A stretch of 64,000 nt of DNA from Chrysomallon squamiferum (GCA_012295275.1 CM022677.1:11284001-11348000); one strand, 5' to 3'; counted from the stretch's first letter, positions 12,149-25,557 are shown. Numbers and translations are program-made. Notes: generated by a model not told the origin, from the sequence alone.

Positions 12149-15100
12149 CTTGCAGTTCTGCTGTTAGAAGAGAGATCCTCCCAGGGTTGAGAAATAGAGG
12201 GTGTGGTGTGAATTCCACAGCTTCTGTCCAGTTTGTGAAGTAGATGTTGAGCCACGCCTTCAGCAGACTTCCTCGAGTGATGAGCTCTCTGTAGTATCGA
12301 CGTAACCTCCACCTGATCCTCACACTCCTTTACTGAAATTAAAATTGAAATTAAATACACAGTTAGTAAAATTAGCATACAGACTTATTGGAGTTAGCAT
12401 ACAACACTAACATGCACAGATGTCAAAATTAACTCTTTTCAGCATCTGTGCATTAGGCTAATGTCTATGTATGAACAGCTAATACACTGAAAGTTAACTT
12501 ACACATACAGAAAAGTAACAGATTAACACCTTCTTACTGAAATGAAATACATGCATACTGAAAATTCTTTAGATGCTGAATTTTTAAATGATAAATAAAT
12601 GTACATGCATGCGCACACACATACACACACAGACACTGAAATTAATAATCACTAATACTGAAATGGTAAACACACACACACACACACACATATACAAAAA
12701 TTAACTTCATTTATGTGTAAAAAAAAGAATGAATTTCAGTGATGTAGCAATTAGTGAAATAATATTTTTTTAAATAAGATTTTTAGTTGTAAACTCACCC
12801 AGACTTCCAAGTCCTGCAGCTCTACAGTTAGCTAACAAAACTCCCATCTCACTCTCCAGCAGAACACACAACTCTTCATAAGCCTCTATCGCCTGATCAG
12901 AGTAGTTAATAGCCAACTGCAGCGCTGTGTTGTTAGACTCATACTTCCCCATCAACACCGTCAACCTCTCATTCATTGAGGTGGCAATTTTGCTCTGAAG
13001 TCTTTCAAAGTCAATTTCAAACGCTTTCACTTTGGTTTCTCCTATCTCAGAAACACACTTGTATAAAGTCAGAACAATATGCTGCATGTTAGAACAGCCC
13101 TTTAAATTCTGTACTGAATGTTTGGCTAATTTTGTATTTGGAAGCTGAAGCAGAAGCTATGAAAAAGTCATAAGTCATGGGTTATTCTGTGTTATTGTCA
13201 AAAAACATAAGGTTTAAAATCAGTTAAATTCATATCAGATGTCATGAAAAATATATCAATGACTTATTCTGTGTTATTGTTTAAGAATCTATTTATTTTA
13301 GTTAATTTGAAACAGAATTGCCCAAGGGCAAAAAATATAAGGTTAAAAATTAGATAATAAGAAAAATAATGAGTAATTCTGGTTTATTGTTAAAAATGTA
13401 TTTATTTTGGCAATTTGATTTCGAATGATTGTAGTTGGGAAACATTTGTAAGTTTAAGAATCAGTTAAATTCATACTTAAAATTTGAAAAATACAATCAA
13501 TCATTCATTTTCTGTTAGTTTTACTTTTTCTGAGGTAATATGACTTGGAATAGTTTTGTATTTTCTCAAAAATAATATATATATATATATTTGACTATAA
13601 GGGAATCAGTGGAGATAGACAGTGTATAATGTTGTGTTTATTTTTTTATATATGGAATGTTGAGAAAATACAAAAAATGTATAATATATATAATCCACTG
13701 ATTCCCTTATAGTCAAATGCAATAAAGATGAGAAACAAAATAAGAAATGTTTATTTATACCTCTCTTCTGCGTTGGGAGTTACTTTTAGTTACATGGAAC
13801 ATAAATGAATGACAAATATTTATTTATACCTCTCTCCTGTATTAGGATTCACTTGTGACTTTGTTGGTGTTGATGTTTGATTGTTCATGGGACTAGAAGA
13901 CAAATCTGTCAGAGGTAACTTATCCTGTAACTCTTTCAACTGTAACAAAAATGTAATAATTTTCCTCTAACTTTCAATTTTAACAAAATGTAACAGTTTA
14001 TTCTGTGTCAACTGTAAGATTCAACTGTAACAAAATGTAACAGTTTATCCTCTAGCTTTTTCAACTGTAACAAAATAAAACAATTTATCCTGTAACTTTT
14101 TCAACTGTAACAAAAATGTAACAATTTATTCCGTAACTCTTTCAGCAGTAAACAAAAATGTAATAATTTATCCTTTAACTATTTTTGCTATAAACTTTTA
14201 AAAAAAGTATATTTACTAACAACTTTACAGTACTTTTTTATGAATGTAACAATTTCATGCAGTTACTAACAATTTAACTGTTACTCTTTCATAGAAAGAC
14301 TTAATGCAGAAATTATTAACACAAGCCATACTATATAACTGAAGGAAAAAGCAATCTCTATAATTAAGTTTTGTGTTTCAATTCTGTCTACAAATAAAAA
14401 TGTAAATATAATTATTTTAATATTTATGCGGAGTTACCTTTCTTTTCAACTTCTCCCTGTCATCATTGATATATTCAATATGGCTACATAGCTGTGTAAG
14501 TTCTATTTTCTGTCTGCCTATCTGTTCTTGTAGACCTGATATTCAACGTTGTTTTTCTATGTCTTCTCTGAGACGTTGAACGACGTTGCGATCAACATCG
14601 TGGAGAGGAAAGTCTTTTCTTTCTGCAATGGCTGACTCCAGTTCTGTGACAACTCGGGAAAATTCTGCGTTTCTTTCATTACCTATTTCTAAAACAACCA
14701 AAAAAAAAAAAAAAATTTTTTTTATAATTATTCTCGGTTTTAATGTTGTGTATTTAATTATATTTTTCTCTTCTGATCAAATTAACTGATTGAAAAAATA
14801 TCTCATTTTAACTATATATTTATTTGGAATTATTCTTTTTAATTCCGTCATTCCTTCTAACAGTAAGAAAATGAGAAAAATATCTAAGTTTAATTATATA
14901 TTTATTTGTTACTTTCTTTTTAATGCCTTCTAGCAGTAAGTAAACGAGAAAAAACAAATTATTATAATTTAATATTTTAAAAAATCCAACAAATTATAAT
15001 ATGTTGCTATTTATATAATAAATTAAAATTAAAATTAATAAACTTTTAAAACAATTGGACATCTATCTAAAACAGCCAAAACTGTACAGTCAAAAAACAA

Positions 15101-15221
15101 ATATAAAAGTAAATGATTACCAGGTCTCGCAGACTGGAAGCCATTTGCATTATTCTCGTTGATACTTCCTCCATTATTGCTTTTGTCCAAGTCTTCAAAC
15201 TCATCTTCTTACACAGAAAAG

Positions 15222-15252
<31 letters not shown>

Positions 15253-16335
15253 GTTCAAATGTTTTTACACTTTCTGGAATTTGGTATTTTCAACAAATTC
15301 CTAGAAATTATTTCTTGGTCTTTCATTAAACACAGTAAAGAACAGCAAGCTAATGGTGTTGTTTTACCTCTGAATAATGACTGACTTGACTCATACAATG
15401 AAAGAACAAAATGGTTAAATGTCTTCGCATATTTCTGGAACTTCAGGTTTTCAGGAATCTTTTCTTGTCCATTAAAAACAGTGAAAAACCAGCAAACAAA
15501 TGGTATTATTTTACAATACATAATGACAAGCCAAAACTATGTTTCATTATGTGTCCAGATATATTATATAATATTGTTTTTATTATTCATTAAAAACAGG
15601 GAAGAACAGCAAACTCACATTATATATTATTTAATAAAGACCACTGACCTGATGACATTAATCTGGTGTCTGTTTTTTTCATCAGCTCTGCAATGACGCT
15701 GTGAAGTTCAGTGACGCGTTACTCGTAGAATCACTAAAATATTTGAAATTTTGAATGGTTTTAGGATATAACAGTCTTAAAGACAAATTAAAAAACATAC
15801 AAAAAAAATTATCTTAGCATTCAAAATAACAACATACATTTTTTTTTTTATGCATTTGAATTAGTATATACTGTATTTATTGAACCTATGTTCTCTTTGT
15901 TTTATTGTCTGCTTGAGAAAACATCATAAATAAATAATCAAATAAATACATAAATAACCAAATAAGGCAGAAAGTAAATATATAATAATTAAAACTTTTT
16001 AAATTTAAATTTGGTCATCAGATCAACGAAAATAATTTCTAGATCTTTTCCAGGAAGATAGCCAGAGTAGCTTTAAATCATCACCAAGAGTCATTGCCAA
16101 ACATGTTATTTTCTAGTCAGGCTATATTCTTAGAATAAAAACATTAAAAGGCAGGTGGAGATTTAATTTCAGGCTAATGTGAGGATAAAAAAAAAAAAAT
16201 AATAATAATAATAATTTCTTACCTGACATTTAGTCAGTTATTTTTTTAATGATCACTTTCGGCTGTTACTTGTGCCAACCTGTTGTTCAGCTCGATTATC
16301 TCCCATTTCAGAGAGGTCAAGGCCGCCTGGTCTAG
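12149..16335 (-). pseudogene. MCC: Unprocessed (intron-containing) partial pseudogene of colorectal mutant cancer protein MCC; exons ~16223-16335, 15649-15733, 15121-15207, 14438-14688, 13830-13939, 12799-13156, 12149-12332
   Basis: GT-AG flanked exons translate, in MCC order, to LDQAALTSLKWEIIELNNRL, YE*RVTELHSVIAEL, EDEFEDL, ...DREKLKRK|LKELQDKL, LAKHSVQNLKGCSNMQ...FERLQSKI...LMGKYESNNTALQLAINYSDQAIEAYE...CRAAGLG and ILQRAHHSRKSAEGVAQHLLHKLD...QPWEDLSSNS. Lesions: stops at 15719-15721 and 14543-14545, a stop/frameshift in the 16223 exon, a frameshift in the 15649 exon, and an apparent ~16-aa in-frame deletion. Confidence 0.88.
13920..14190. repeat. ~40-bp tandem repeat (6-7 copies) built from the MCC intron/exon junction
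   Basis: Repeated tatcctgtaactctttcaactgtaacaaaaatgtaacaatt. On the minus strand this is ttgttacag|TTGAAAGAGTTACAGGATA, the splice acceptor plus exon start. Confidence 0.85.
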
Positions 16336-17772
16336 CTGGGAAAGAAAATAAATAATTTTAAATTATTACATTTTGCAACTAAATTAAAACATGTTATTTT
16401 TGAATTTTTGTGATTTAGTCTGTTTTATCATTCCTAAAGCTAATTAATGAAAAAAAATACCGATAATGAAAATAATAATAATAATAATAATAATAATAAT
16501 CATAATAATAATATCACAAATAGTTATAATAAACTAAATATTTAATAATAAAATATATACATACATGTATAAGTTGTTGTTTCTGCTCTAGTTACGTTAA
16601 AACGCATATGTGTTTGTGTGTGAAAGTGATTTATATTGTAAGCTATTTTATAAAACTCAGCTATAAATACTACTTATTTGTATTAGTTATTACAACTACT
16701 TCTATTACTTCCTACTAAGAATAACTGTAATTAATCATGTACGAGCAGTATGTCAGTAAGGAACAGAACATAAATAATCAGAATAAAACAAAATATGAAT
16801 GCAATTAAATAAAACAACAAAAGAACGATCGTCAATATATTGTTATTCATTATTACAAAAATTCAGCTAAATTACTCAAAAAAATTAAAGTTGAGTCTTG
16901 AGACAGGATTCTATATCGTATTGTTTAATAAGTTATTTTCGATTATCTACACTTTAAAACTATCCAGAAACGCAGACGACAAAACATTTTAGAAGCTAAA
17001 TTACAAACATGTACTTCAAACTATATAAAGAAAGAAAGAAAAAAAAGTACTGTAGCATTACCTGAATATACAAAGAAATCAACTCTTCATGATTCTTAGA
17101 ATCTACATTTATTTGCAAAATTCATAAATAACAAATACCGCAAATAACAGCAGCAATCTCGCACCCCGCAAAAACAAAACTTATATGAGAGTAATCTCCC
17201 TTCAGCTACATTTTATGTATTTATTTATTTATTTATTTTTATATATATATATATATATTTTTTTTTATTTTTCTGTTTGTAGGGTTGACGGTGTACGTCA
17301 TTGCACACCACAGAAAATCGCTAATAACGAAACGTCGTATATAGCTGTATAAAGAGTAATACATGTAAATGTGTAGGTGTGTTCAAGGAATATCAGTTTA
17401 TATACAGTAAACAACATAAAGTGTCTAATAAGATAAAATATAAGCAATACAAATAAATACAATCGACTGTCAAAACCGGATTCACTGAGACCAGCGTAGT
17501 ATGCCGTTTTAGACAGTGCCGATTTACAAACATTAAAATAACATAAAACTGAAATATTTGGTTTATTATTACACGTGTTAATGGTCTATCAGTTGTCTCT
17601 GTCGACTGCGTTTTCTTCAAATTCCTCTCCAAACTCCTCTGTCATGGCCTCCAAGTTTTACATTAATTGCAAAAGCTGGTTTCGATAACAGCAGTAAAAG
17701 ATTTAATTTGTTTGCCACTTTAAGATAATCAGTGTACGAAAGTTTGTTTGTATCGTCAGTCCATTCAGATTT

Positions 17773-17826
<54 letters not shown>

Positions 17827-18102
17827 TCATATATTCATGACGTAACCAATACAGTTTGTATACCTACAACAAACCGGCCATCTGAAATGTTCGAGAAATA
17901 TACTGACATTTATGATAATTCTGTAAAATAAAAATGAATTAGGAAAATACCGAATCGCATGTTACCTCAATGTGGCGAATTTTATATTTTTATTTTTGTT
18001 ATACATTTTAATTCTGTAAAACAAGCAAAAATGTAAGACAGTCTATTTTAACTCAGTGAATTAATAAGTTATAAGCTGTTTTCTGTGTGTATGTGTGTGT
18101 AT

Positions 18103-18189
<87 letters not shown>

Positions 18190-19010
18190 TAATATAAGTG
18201 TACTTGTCTGTTGACCTCATTGTTTAACGCATCATATACGTAATGACAATTTACATCTACAATGGACAGCTAATATATATATATATATATATATTTTAAT
18301 TATTACAAGCAGTGTAACCCATTATTGACTACTGATAATACAAATTTGATGTGCATATCAAAAGAGACTTGTCGACGTTTGGCTGAAATAAGTAGACACT
18401 GGTAAATTTAATACTTTAAACATACGGACCTATTATAAATATTCACATACAGCATATTTGATTATTTTGTTGTTGATTTTTTATTATTATTTTTTAGTAA
18501 ATAAATAAATTAATTAATTAAACAATCCTTAAAAATATATCCCCTTTTACAAGTTAAATCTTTAATTTTCATCACAAGAACAAAGAATTAACTAGTGTAA
18601 CAGATGTTACAATGAGCAAGCATATTTATATAGGTTTGTCGTTGTATCTTATGTCTAAAGGCAAAGTGTAGCATTTGCAAAGATTCTAAGGCCTTAAAGA
18701 AAATCGAGAGACAAGAGGACGTAATTATTATATTTTGAACGATAGTAATCATTTACACAAACAGACATCTTTGAAAAATACTGCGGAATTAACCAAGAAA
18801 GAAAGAAGGGATAAAAAAAAAATAATAAAAGAAATAAAAATAAAAGAAATCAATAAAATCCAATAACAAAAGCTTTTACTATATATTTTATTATTTATTT
18901 ATTATTTTAAATAAATGCCTATGGAAAATATTTACAAACAACAAATTAATCAATAAGCAAGAAATCTCTTTCTTGGATCTGCGCACATTAAAAGTTGTAT
19001 CGTGTTTCAT

Positions 19011-19865
19011 TTATTCTTCTGGATTTTTGGAACATGGTCGCTTGAATACTTGCTCTTTTTCTAGAATCCAGTAAGTTGATACCCATTTAGAGCCCATAAG
19101 AACGGGACAAGCTCCGTGAATTGTCATTTTGTTAGGTGTACCATTCCGATATAAATTATACCAAAATATAGCTGCACCTGCTTTAGGTTGTATTCTTACA
19201 CCAAGATAAGGAAACACTGTTGCACCTCCTTCTACATCACTCATATAGTTTAACCACGTGGCAATTCTGTTTTCACCGGAAGAATATGCTATGTTGAAAT
19301 AGTCAGTATGAGCCGTGAACTGTCCGGCTATTCCGTAGTTTGCCACCTGAAGTGGTTCTGAAGCTTTCATTGAAAGACCTGTGATTGCTTCAATTCGTTT
19401 CTGACTTCTCGCGTCTACTTCTATGAAACCTCTTCCTAGACATGTATGTTTGTTAATTCTTTTCTCAGATTTGATATTTTTTCCACAGTGATTGATTTCA
19501 GATGGTTGTAAAAGTGGCAAAGAAACTGTTTTAATGTCTTCAATTGCAGCATCACTGATAAAATCATGATAGAGAACAATTTTCGGTGAGAAATGCAGAA
19601 TCTCTTCTTTAGCAGGCTTAAGAATTAGAAGCGGATTTTTGTTGTTGTAATGGTAGCGACATTTCAGACGATGTGTCTGTCGTACTTTTATAAATTCTTT
19701 ACCACGACAGAGAGCATCGAAAGTTGTTTTTTCTTTAACTATGACATTTTCTTTTCTATTTTCTGTCCTTGAATACTTTTTCCTTCCGTTCGGAGCACGT
19801 TCTAGTTCAGGAGCTAACATTAACTGTTCATTTGTCAGATTTAAAACTTGCTCTATCTCTATCAT
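19011..19865 (-). CDS. P4HA: Prolyl 4-hydroxylase alpha subunit-like protein (end of TPR region plus complete catalytic 2OG-Fe(II) dioxygenase domain), intronless, N-terminally truncated; probable retrocopy
   Basis: 284-aa open frame with FDALCRG, LKCRY, P.LILKPAKEE, PKIVLYHD, RIEAITGL, LQVANYGIAG, HTD (HxD), NRIATWL.YMSDV.GGATVFP, FWYNL, HGACPVLMGSKWV and C-terminal RPC. There is no signal peptide or N-terminal domain. Confidence 0.93.
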   Translation of the reverse strand: MIEIEQVLNLTNEQLMLAPELERAPNGRKKYSRTENRKENVIVKEKTTFDALCRGKEFIKVRQTHRLKCRYHYNNKNPLLILKPAKEEILHFSPKIVLYHDFISDAAIEDIKTVSLPLLQPSEINHCGKNIKSEKRINKHTCLGRGFIEVDARSQKRIEAITGLSMKASEPLQVANYGIAGQFTAHTDYFNIAYSSGENRIATWLNYMSDVEGGATVFPYLGVRIQPKAGAAIFWYNLYRNGTPNKMTIHGACPVLMGSKWVSTYWILEKEQVFKRPCSKNPEE

Positions 19866-21389
19866 TTGTCGTTCTACCTATATCTTTGACTTGTCTCCTT
19901 CTCTTTACCTACATCACTAATACGTGTCTCTGACTCTCTATCTATATCTCTATCGCATGCCTCGCTGTACCCGTATCTCTGTACCCGTGTCTCTTCTCTA
20001 ACTACATCTGTCTATCCCATGAATCAGACTATCAATCATTTGTTTCTCTCTACTTATATCTCTATCACTTGTCTCTGTCTCTCTATCTTTATCTCTATCA
20101 TCTTTTTTCCCTCTACCTTTATCTATCATTTTTCCGTGACTCTTTAGCTATATCTCTATCATTTGTCTCCTTCTCTTAAGAATAACTTATCTTATCATTA
20201 TTAATTCTCATTTGATATGTGTTCACAAACATAGATTATGTCCCTTACGTGAGATGGACTCACAAACTTAGGTTAGAGTTATGTCCCTTACGTGAGATGT
20301 ACTTACTAAGCTTTCATACGCTAATTATGAGTACATCTCACGTAAGGGAAATAACTCTAATCGATATAATTAAAGTAAAAATTACATCAATTAGAGTTAT
20401 CTCCCTTTAGTGATATGTGTTCACAAACATAGATTAGAGTTATTTCCCTTACATGAGATGTACTCACTAAGCTTACGCACGCTAATTATCCGTACGGGAT
20501 ATATAGAACCTCCAGAAACGCCGAGATTCGATCCACGATTGTGGAAAAATCACTTTTTTATATATAAAAAGATCATAAGCCTATATCTTTATCACTTCTC
20601 TCTGTCTGTATGTACACCTATTTCTCTATCCCATGACTCTCTCTATCTATATCTCTTTATTTTTATCTTGATTATTTCTCTCTGTCTCTCTAACTATGTC
20701 TGTCCCGTGACTAAGCCTTCCTACCTATTATCTTCTCTATCATTTGGCTCTGCTTCCCGCTATTTTTACCTCTGTCACATCTGTCCCCATACGTTTCTAT
20801 CTATCTCTCTATCTGTATCTTTATCTCGTTCTGTACCTTGATAACGTCTGTCTCTGAACCACATCTCTATCACTTCTCTCTGTCTACATATATTGCTGTT
20901 GCTTGTTTCTGATTCTCTACCAGCATGTCTAGTACTTGTACATCTCTCTACCATTATCTCTATCACTTGCCTTTCTCTCTATATTTACTAGTATCATTTG
21001 TCTCCATGTCTCAACTTAAATCTTTATCACTATCATTTGTCGTTCTACCTATATCTTTGACTTGTCTCCTTCTCTTTACCTACATCACTAATACGTGTAT
21101 CTGACTCTCTAGCTATATCTCTATCGCATGCCTCGCTGTACCCGTATCTCTGTACCCGTGTCTCTTCTCTAACTACATCTGTCTATCCCATGAATCAGAC
21201 TATCAATCATTTGTTTGTCTCTACTTATATCTCTATCACTTGTCTCTGTCTCTCTACCTTTATCTCTGTCATCTTTTTTCTCTCTACGTTTATCTATCAT
21301 TTTTCCGTGACTCTTTAGCTATATCTCTATCATTTGTCTCCTTCTCTTAACAATAACTTATCTTATCATTATTAATTATCTTTTGATAT
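19860..21389. repeat. TCTCTATC-rich low-complexity region with a ~355-bp direct duplication (19860-20218 and 21030-21389)
   Basis: Near-identical text tatcatttgtcgttctacctatatctttgacttgtctcc...gcatgcctcgctgtacccg...aataacttatcttatcattattaatt at both positions. Confidence 0.92.
20219..20560. repeat. Dispersed GAGTTATCTCCCT/CACAAACA tandem-subunit element (also at ~43730-43960, 53130-53460, 57335-57483); possibly a non-autonomous Helentron-like element
   Basis: Subunits gtgttcacaaacatagattagagttat(g/c)tcccttacgtgagatgtact are repeated in tandem and dispersed. Small end hairpins occur next to T or AT runs (tccacgattgtgga ~20542; ggagtaaactcc ~43918). The family assignment is inference. Confidence 0.6.
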
Positions 21390-21429
21390 CTTTTGAATAC
21401 TGATTTGTCTTCACAAACATCACACAAAA

Positions 21430-21528
<99 letters not shown>

Positions 21529-21778
21529 AGAAAATACAGATACCTGTGTCCATCTGAACTTTGCAGTTTCTAACAAATGTGCTGGTATTTTTGATTGAAA
21601 CAGTCTCTCCACCACTCGTCCAGACTGCTTATTTATATAAACAAGTGTTTAGCAGGTTGACACAAAATACAAAAATTGTTGAATGTTCTGTAATACACAT
21701 TCACATACATGCACTCTTGCAGACAAACATCACAAACACACATATACTGCCATGGTTTTGAATAGTCATGTATATTCA

Positions 21779-21838
<60 letters not shown>

Positions 21839-23153
21839 CACAGACACCCTATGTATCTGTTCTTTCTTATTAACGTACCACCTCTTTCTATTTCACTTTA
21901 AATTCCTGTGTTTTACAGTCAATTTTTTATTACTTGCATACTACTGCTTTAGAGCCACAATTTAACTAAGTCTAAAACAAATTATACCCTTTTATATCAA
22001 TATAAATCTCTCTCTCAGACACACACACACACACACACACAGACACAAACACAGTCACAAACACACACACAAACACACATACACTAGATGTGTAAAAACA
22101 TAGAGATATAATATAATAGAGATATAATAAAATATTACATTAATGAGTTTTATTCTCAGATGATCTCTACAGACTACAAACTAATCAGTGTTTCAATGTA
22201 AACTAACACTGCATGTCTCTCTATACACTGACTTAAACTGCTAAGTCAAAGGTTACCATTCTACCTCTAGTTATCAATATAACATTACCTCAAGCCTTTA
22301 ATATTCTTAATAAAAAAACACTTTTAATCTTTCAGTATTTTTTCAATTTATACTGCACTACTACAACTACTACTACACTAATAATAATAATAGTAATAAT
22401 AATAATAATGATAATAGTAATAATAATAATAATTGCAATAATAGTAGTAGTAATAATAATGATAATGACCATAATAGTAGTAGTAATAATAATGATAATG
22501 ACCATAATAATAATAATAATAAATATAATAATAATAATAATAATAACAACAACAACAATAACAAAAGAGAAATAAAGAAGAAAACATTCAAAATAGTTTT
22601 TAAATTATTTTATTCAAGAAATTAATAAGGAAAGCAGATAGTTCCAACTGAATCAAACCAAAATAAAATAAAACAGTCTCATTGGTCCTGATGAAGAAAA
22701 ACACAAAAAAACAAAACAAAAAAACTTAAAACAAAATTAAAATCATCAGACAGGCAGCCATATATTTAGAAATCATTTTTATGAATAAACAAATACATAA
22801 ATAAAATTAAAATAAACAACTAAAACAGAGTTCTCACTATGTGATAAATTACTTGTAGCTAGAAATAACCAAACTATAAATCTGTTAATTATAAAATCAC
22901 TTTCAGCAAAAGAAATGCTAAGGGAGGCAACTCTTGGTTCAGACAGTTAAAGTTCTGCCACATTTAGAATATGGATTTAATATTTTATATTGATCCTGAA
23001 TTCTGCAGTATTTTGCTTAGATTTTTATTCTTGTTTACATACATGAATAACCTGTGACTTTTGTATGCAAAATTAATTAAGGATTCAAAATCAAAAAGCC
23101 AAACAAAATGGAAGAATTAACTGCCATATATAAACATTCCACAACCTGATTGT

Positions 23154-23206
<53 letters not shown>

Positions 23207-24430
23207 TTTTTATTCTCTCACAAATTAAACCCCATTTTTAATAAATGCTTAATTTCACAATGTTTACTATTGATTTTGCTTTTTCTTTATAACAGTTTAA
23301 AGTTTTACAAGTCTGAAACCACCAACGACTGTTAAATACAAAGATAATCAAAATGTAACTGAAAGTTTAAAAGTATGAACTAATCTTTTTGAAAGAAAGC
23401 AAATAAGAATTTATTTCTGGATGATTTGCAGTTCAAATTGTAAACAGGCTCTCTTTTCTGTAAGAGGAAGTTTAATTACTTTTCAGTTATTATTTGTTTT
23501 GGGGGGTTGGTACAACAACTCTTTTTCCAAAACAACATTATTTCTGAGAAAAAAATCTCAAAAATGAGGCTTATTTTAAGAAAAACAATTAGATGTTTCA
23601 CACATCATCATAAAATTAAAATAATAATAAAAGTTTATAAATATATAGACAGAAAATATGTCAGAGCTTTATTATTATATATATATATTTATTTATTTTT
23701 AATGCTAACTTATACTAATATATATCAAAACAATAGTAAATTCTACACAGCAGGGACTAGTTATCAAATTCAAAAAATAAAATATTTCATTTCTTTTTTA
23801 ATACATAAACAAATTTCTGTTTCAAATATTCAAACTCTATCACTCCCATAAAAACACACTCACACACACACACTCACACACACACACACACACACATGAA
23901 CTCCCACACAAACAACTGTTTAATATTATGATAAAAATAGATTTAAAAAAAAAACACAGAAAGAAAGAAAAATCATTTGAAAAATAATCCTTTTACTTGT
24001 ACAAACATACATTTGACAGTCACACAGAAAAACATCATTCATGAAAATTTATTTTGGTTTCTTCTTACTTTTTAAAATATCCCAACAACTTCATGAATGG
24101 TTACAAATTAATGCTGCAAGTATTATTCAGCAGTTTTCTTCCCTGAATGTAATTTTTAATAATTAAAATAAACTATATTCTAAACTAAAATTATAACATT
24201 TTTCAAATAATTATATAATTTTTTTATTATTACTCAATTATATAACTATTAGTATACATTATGGAGGATTATAATGAATTTTTCTAAATCACTGTTACAA
24301 CATATATATTTTTAGAGCAAAATATATAAACAAAGCTAGGGACCATAAAAAGCAAGATAAAAAAAAATAATGCTCTGCTTACAAATATTGGATTATTCTA
24401 ATCAGACTATAAGATTATTGGAATGTTGTC

Positions 24431-24461
<31 letters not shown>

Positions 24462-24969
24462 TAAAAATACACACTTAAAGCTTCGAGGATTAATAGATAA
24501 AAAAAAAAAAATGTCTGTCATGGAAATAGTGACTCCACGGTTATGAATTAAATTAAATAAAGTCCTGTAGGAAATACTAGGTAAATGAAATAATGTTTGA
24601 TTTAAGGCACTAAACAGAATGAACAGCATGAAACATAATAATGAGTAATTCAGAGGTTTGTATACAGTTGAACTTGCATAATCAATGATTACATTTATAT
24701 TTTTAATTTTAAGTAAATGTATATGAGAGAGAGAGTTATAATTTGACATAAAGAAAACAAAGATTAGTAATAAAAAACTAAACACTTTTATATATTATTT
24801 TCAGTATAATTTGAAATATTTATATATAAATATAGTTTATTAACAAAACATCTACTGTGCAGAGAGATCACATTAGATGATTAGACAATCTACTGATATA
24901 TACTGTAGCTCAAAATATTCGGATGCTCTTTTTGCGATGGATTCTAAAAAGTTTTATGAACATAGCAGA

Positions 24970-25090
24970 TACTCCAGGAAGAAGGAGACAAGGATCCAGT
25001 ATCACATACATCTTGGAACTCTTACTTATTAAATTATCAATTTCAGCAGATGAAGTGATTTTAAAAGATTTTAAGAACGCGAGTTCCCTT
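24970..25090 (-). mobile_element. Possible L2/CR1-type LINE ORF2 remnant
   Basis: The minus frame reads FLKSFKITSSAEIDNLISKSSKMYVILDP, which resembles the F..V...EI..II..S..K...LDP motif upstream of L2/CR1 RT. Short and weak. Confidence 0.3.
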
Positions 25091-25481
25091 CAGTTTGTTC
25101 ACGAAAAAAGTTTGCCTCAGCAGGACCAGTTATGAGCGATTTCTTTTCTCTTCTTTTCTTTTTATTGCAAATAATCAATTTTATTGACCTAATTCAAAAA
25201 AAAAAAAAAAAATCAAATTTTAATATTTTGAACACGATGTCAGGTTAAACTAATGTTTATATAAACAATGTAGATAGTTTTATTTATTTATTTATTTATT
25301 TAAAAATAGTACAAATTAAATATTATTTTCTAAAGAGATACTATATATTTTTGTCTTATTATCTTTGCTAACAATAAATATTTTGAGCTGATATTATTAT
25401 TGCAAAAATATAGTCTAAGCACATTTTAGATATTCAACATATCACTTATATTTCTGTTTCACTTGTTTATATTTTTTGTCT

Positions 25482-25557
<76 letters not shown>

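Noticed and set aside
17570-17675. Possible upstream MCC exon (LEAMTEEFGEEFEENAVDRDN)
   Set aside because: No recognisable similarity to MCC, multiple stops and a weak donor.
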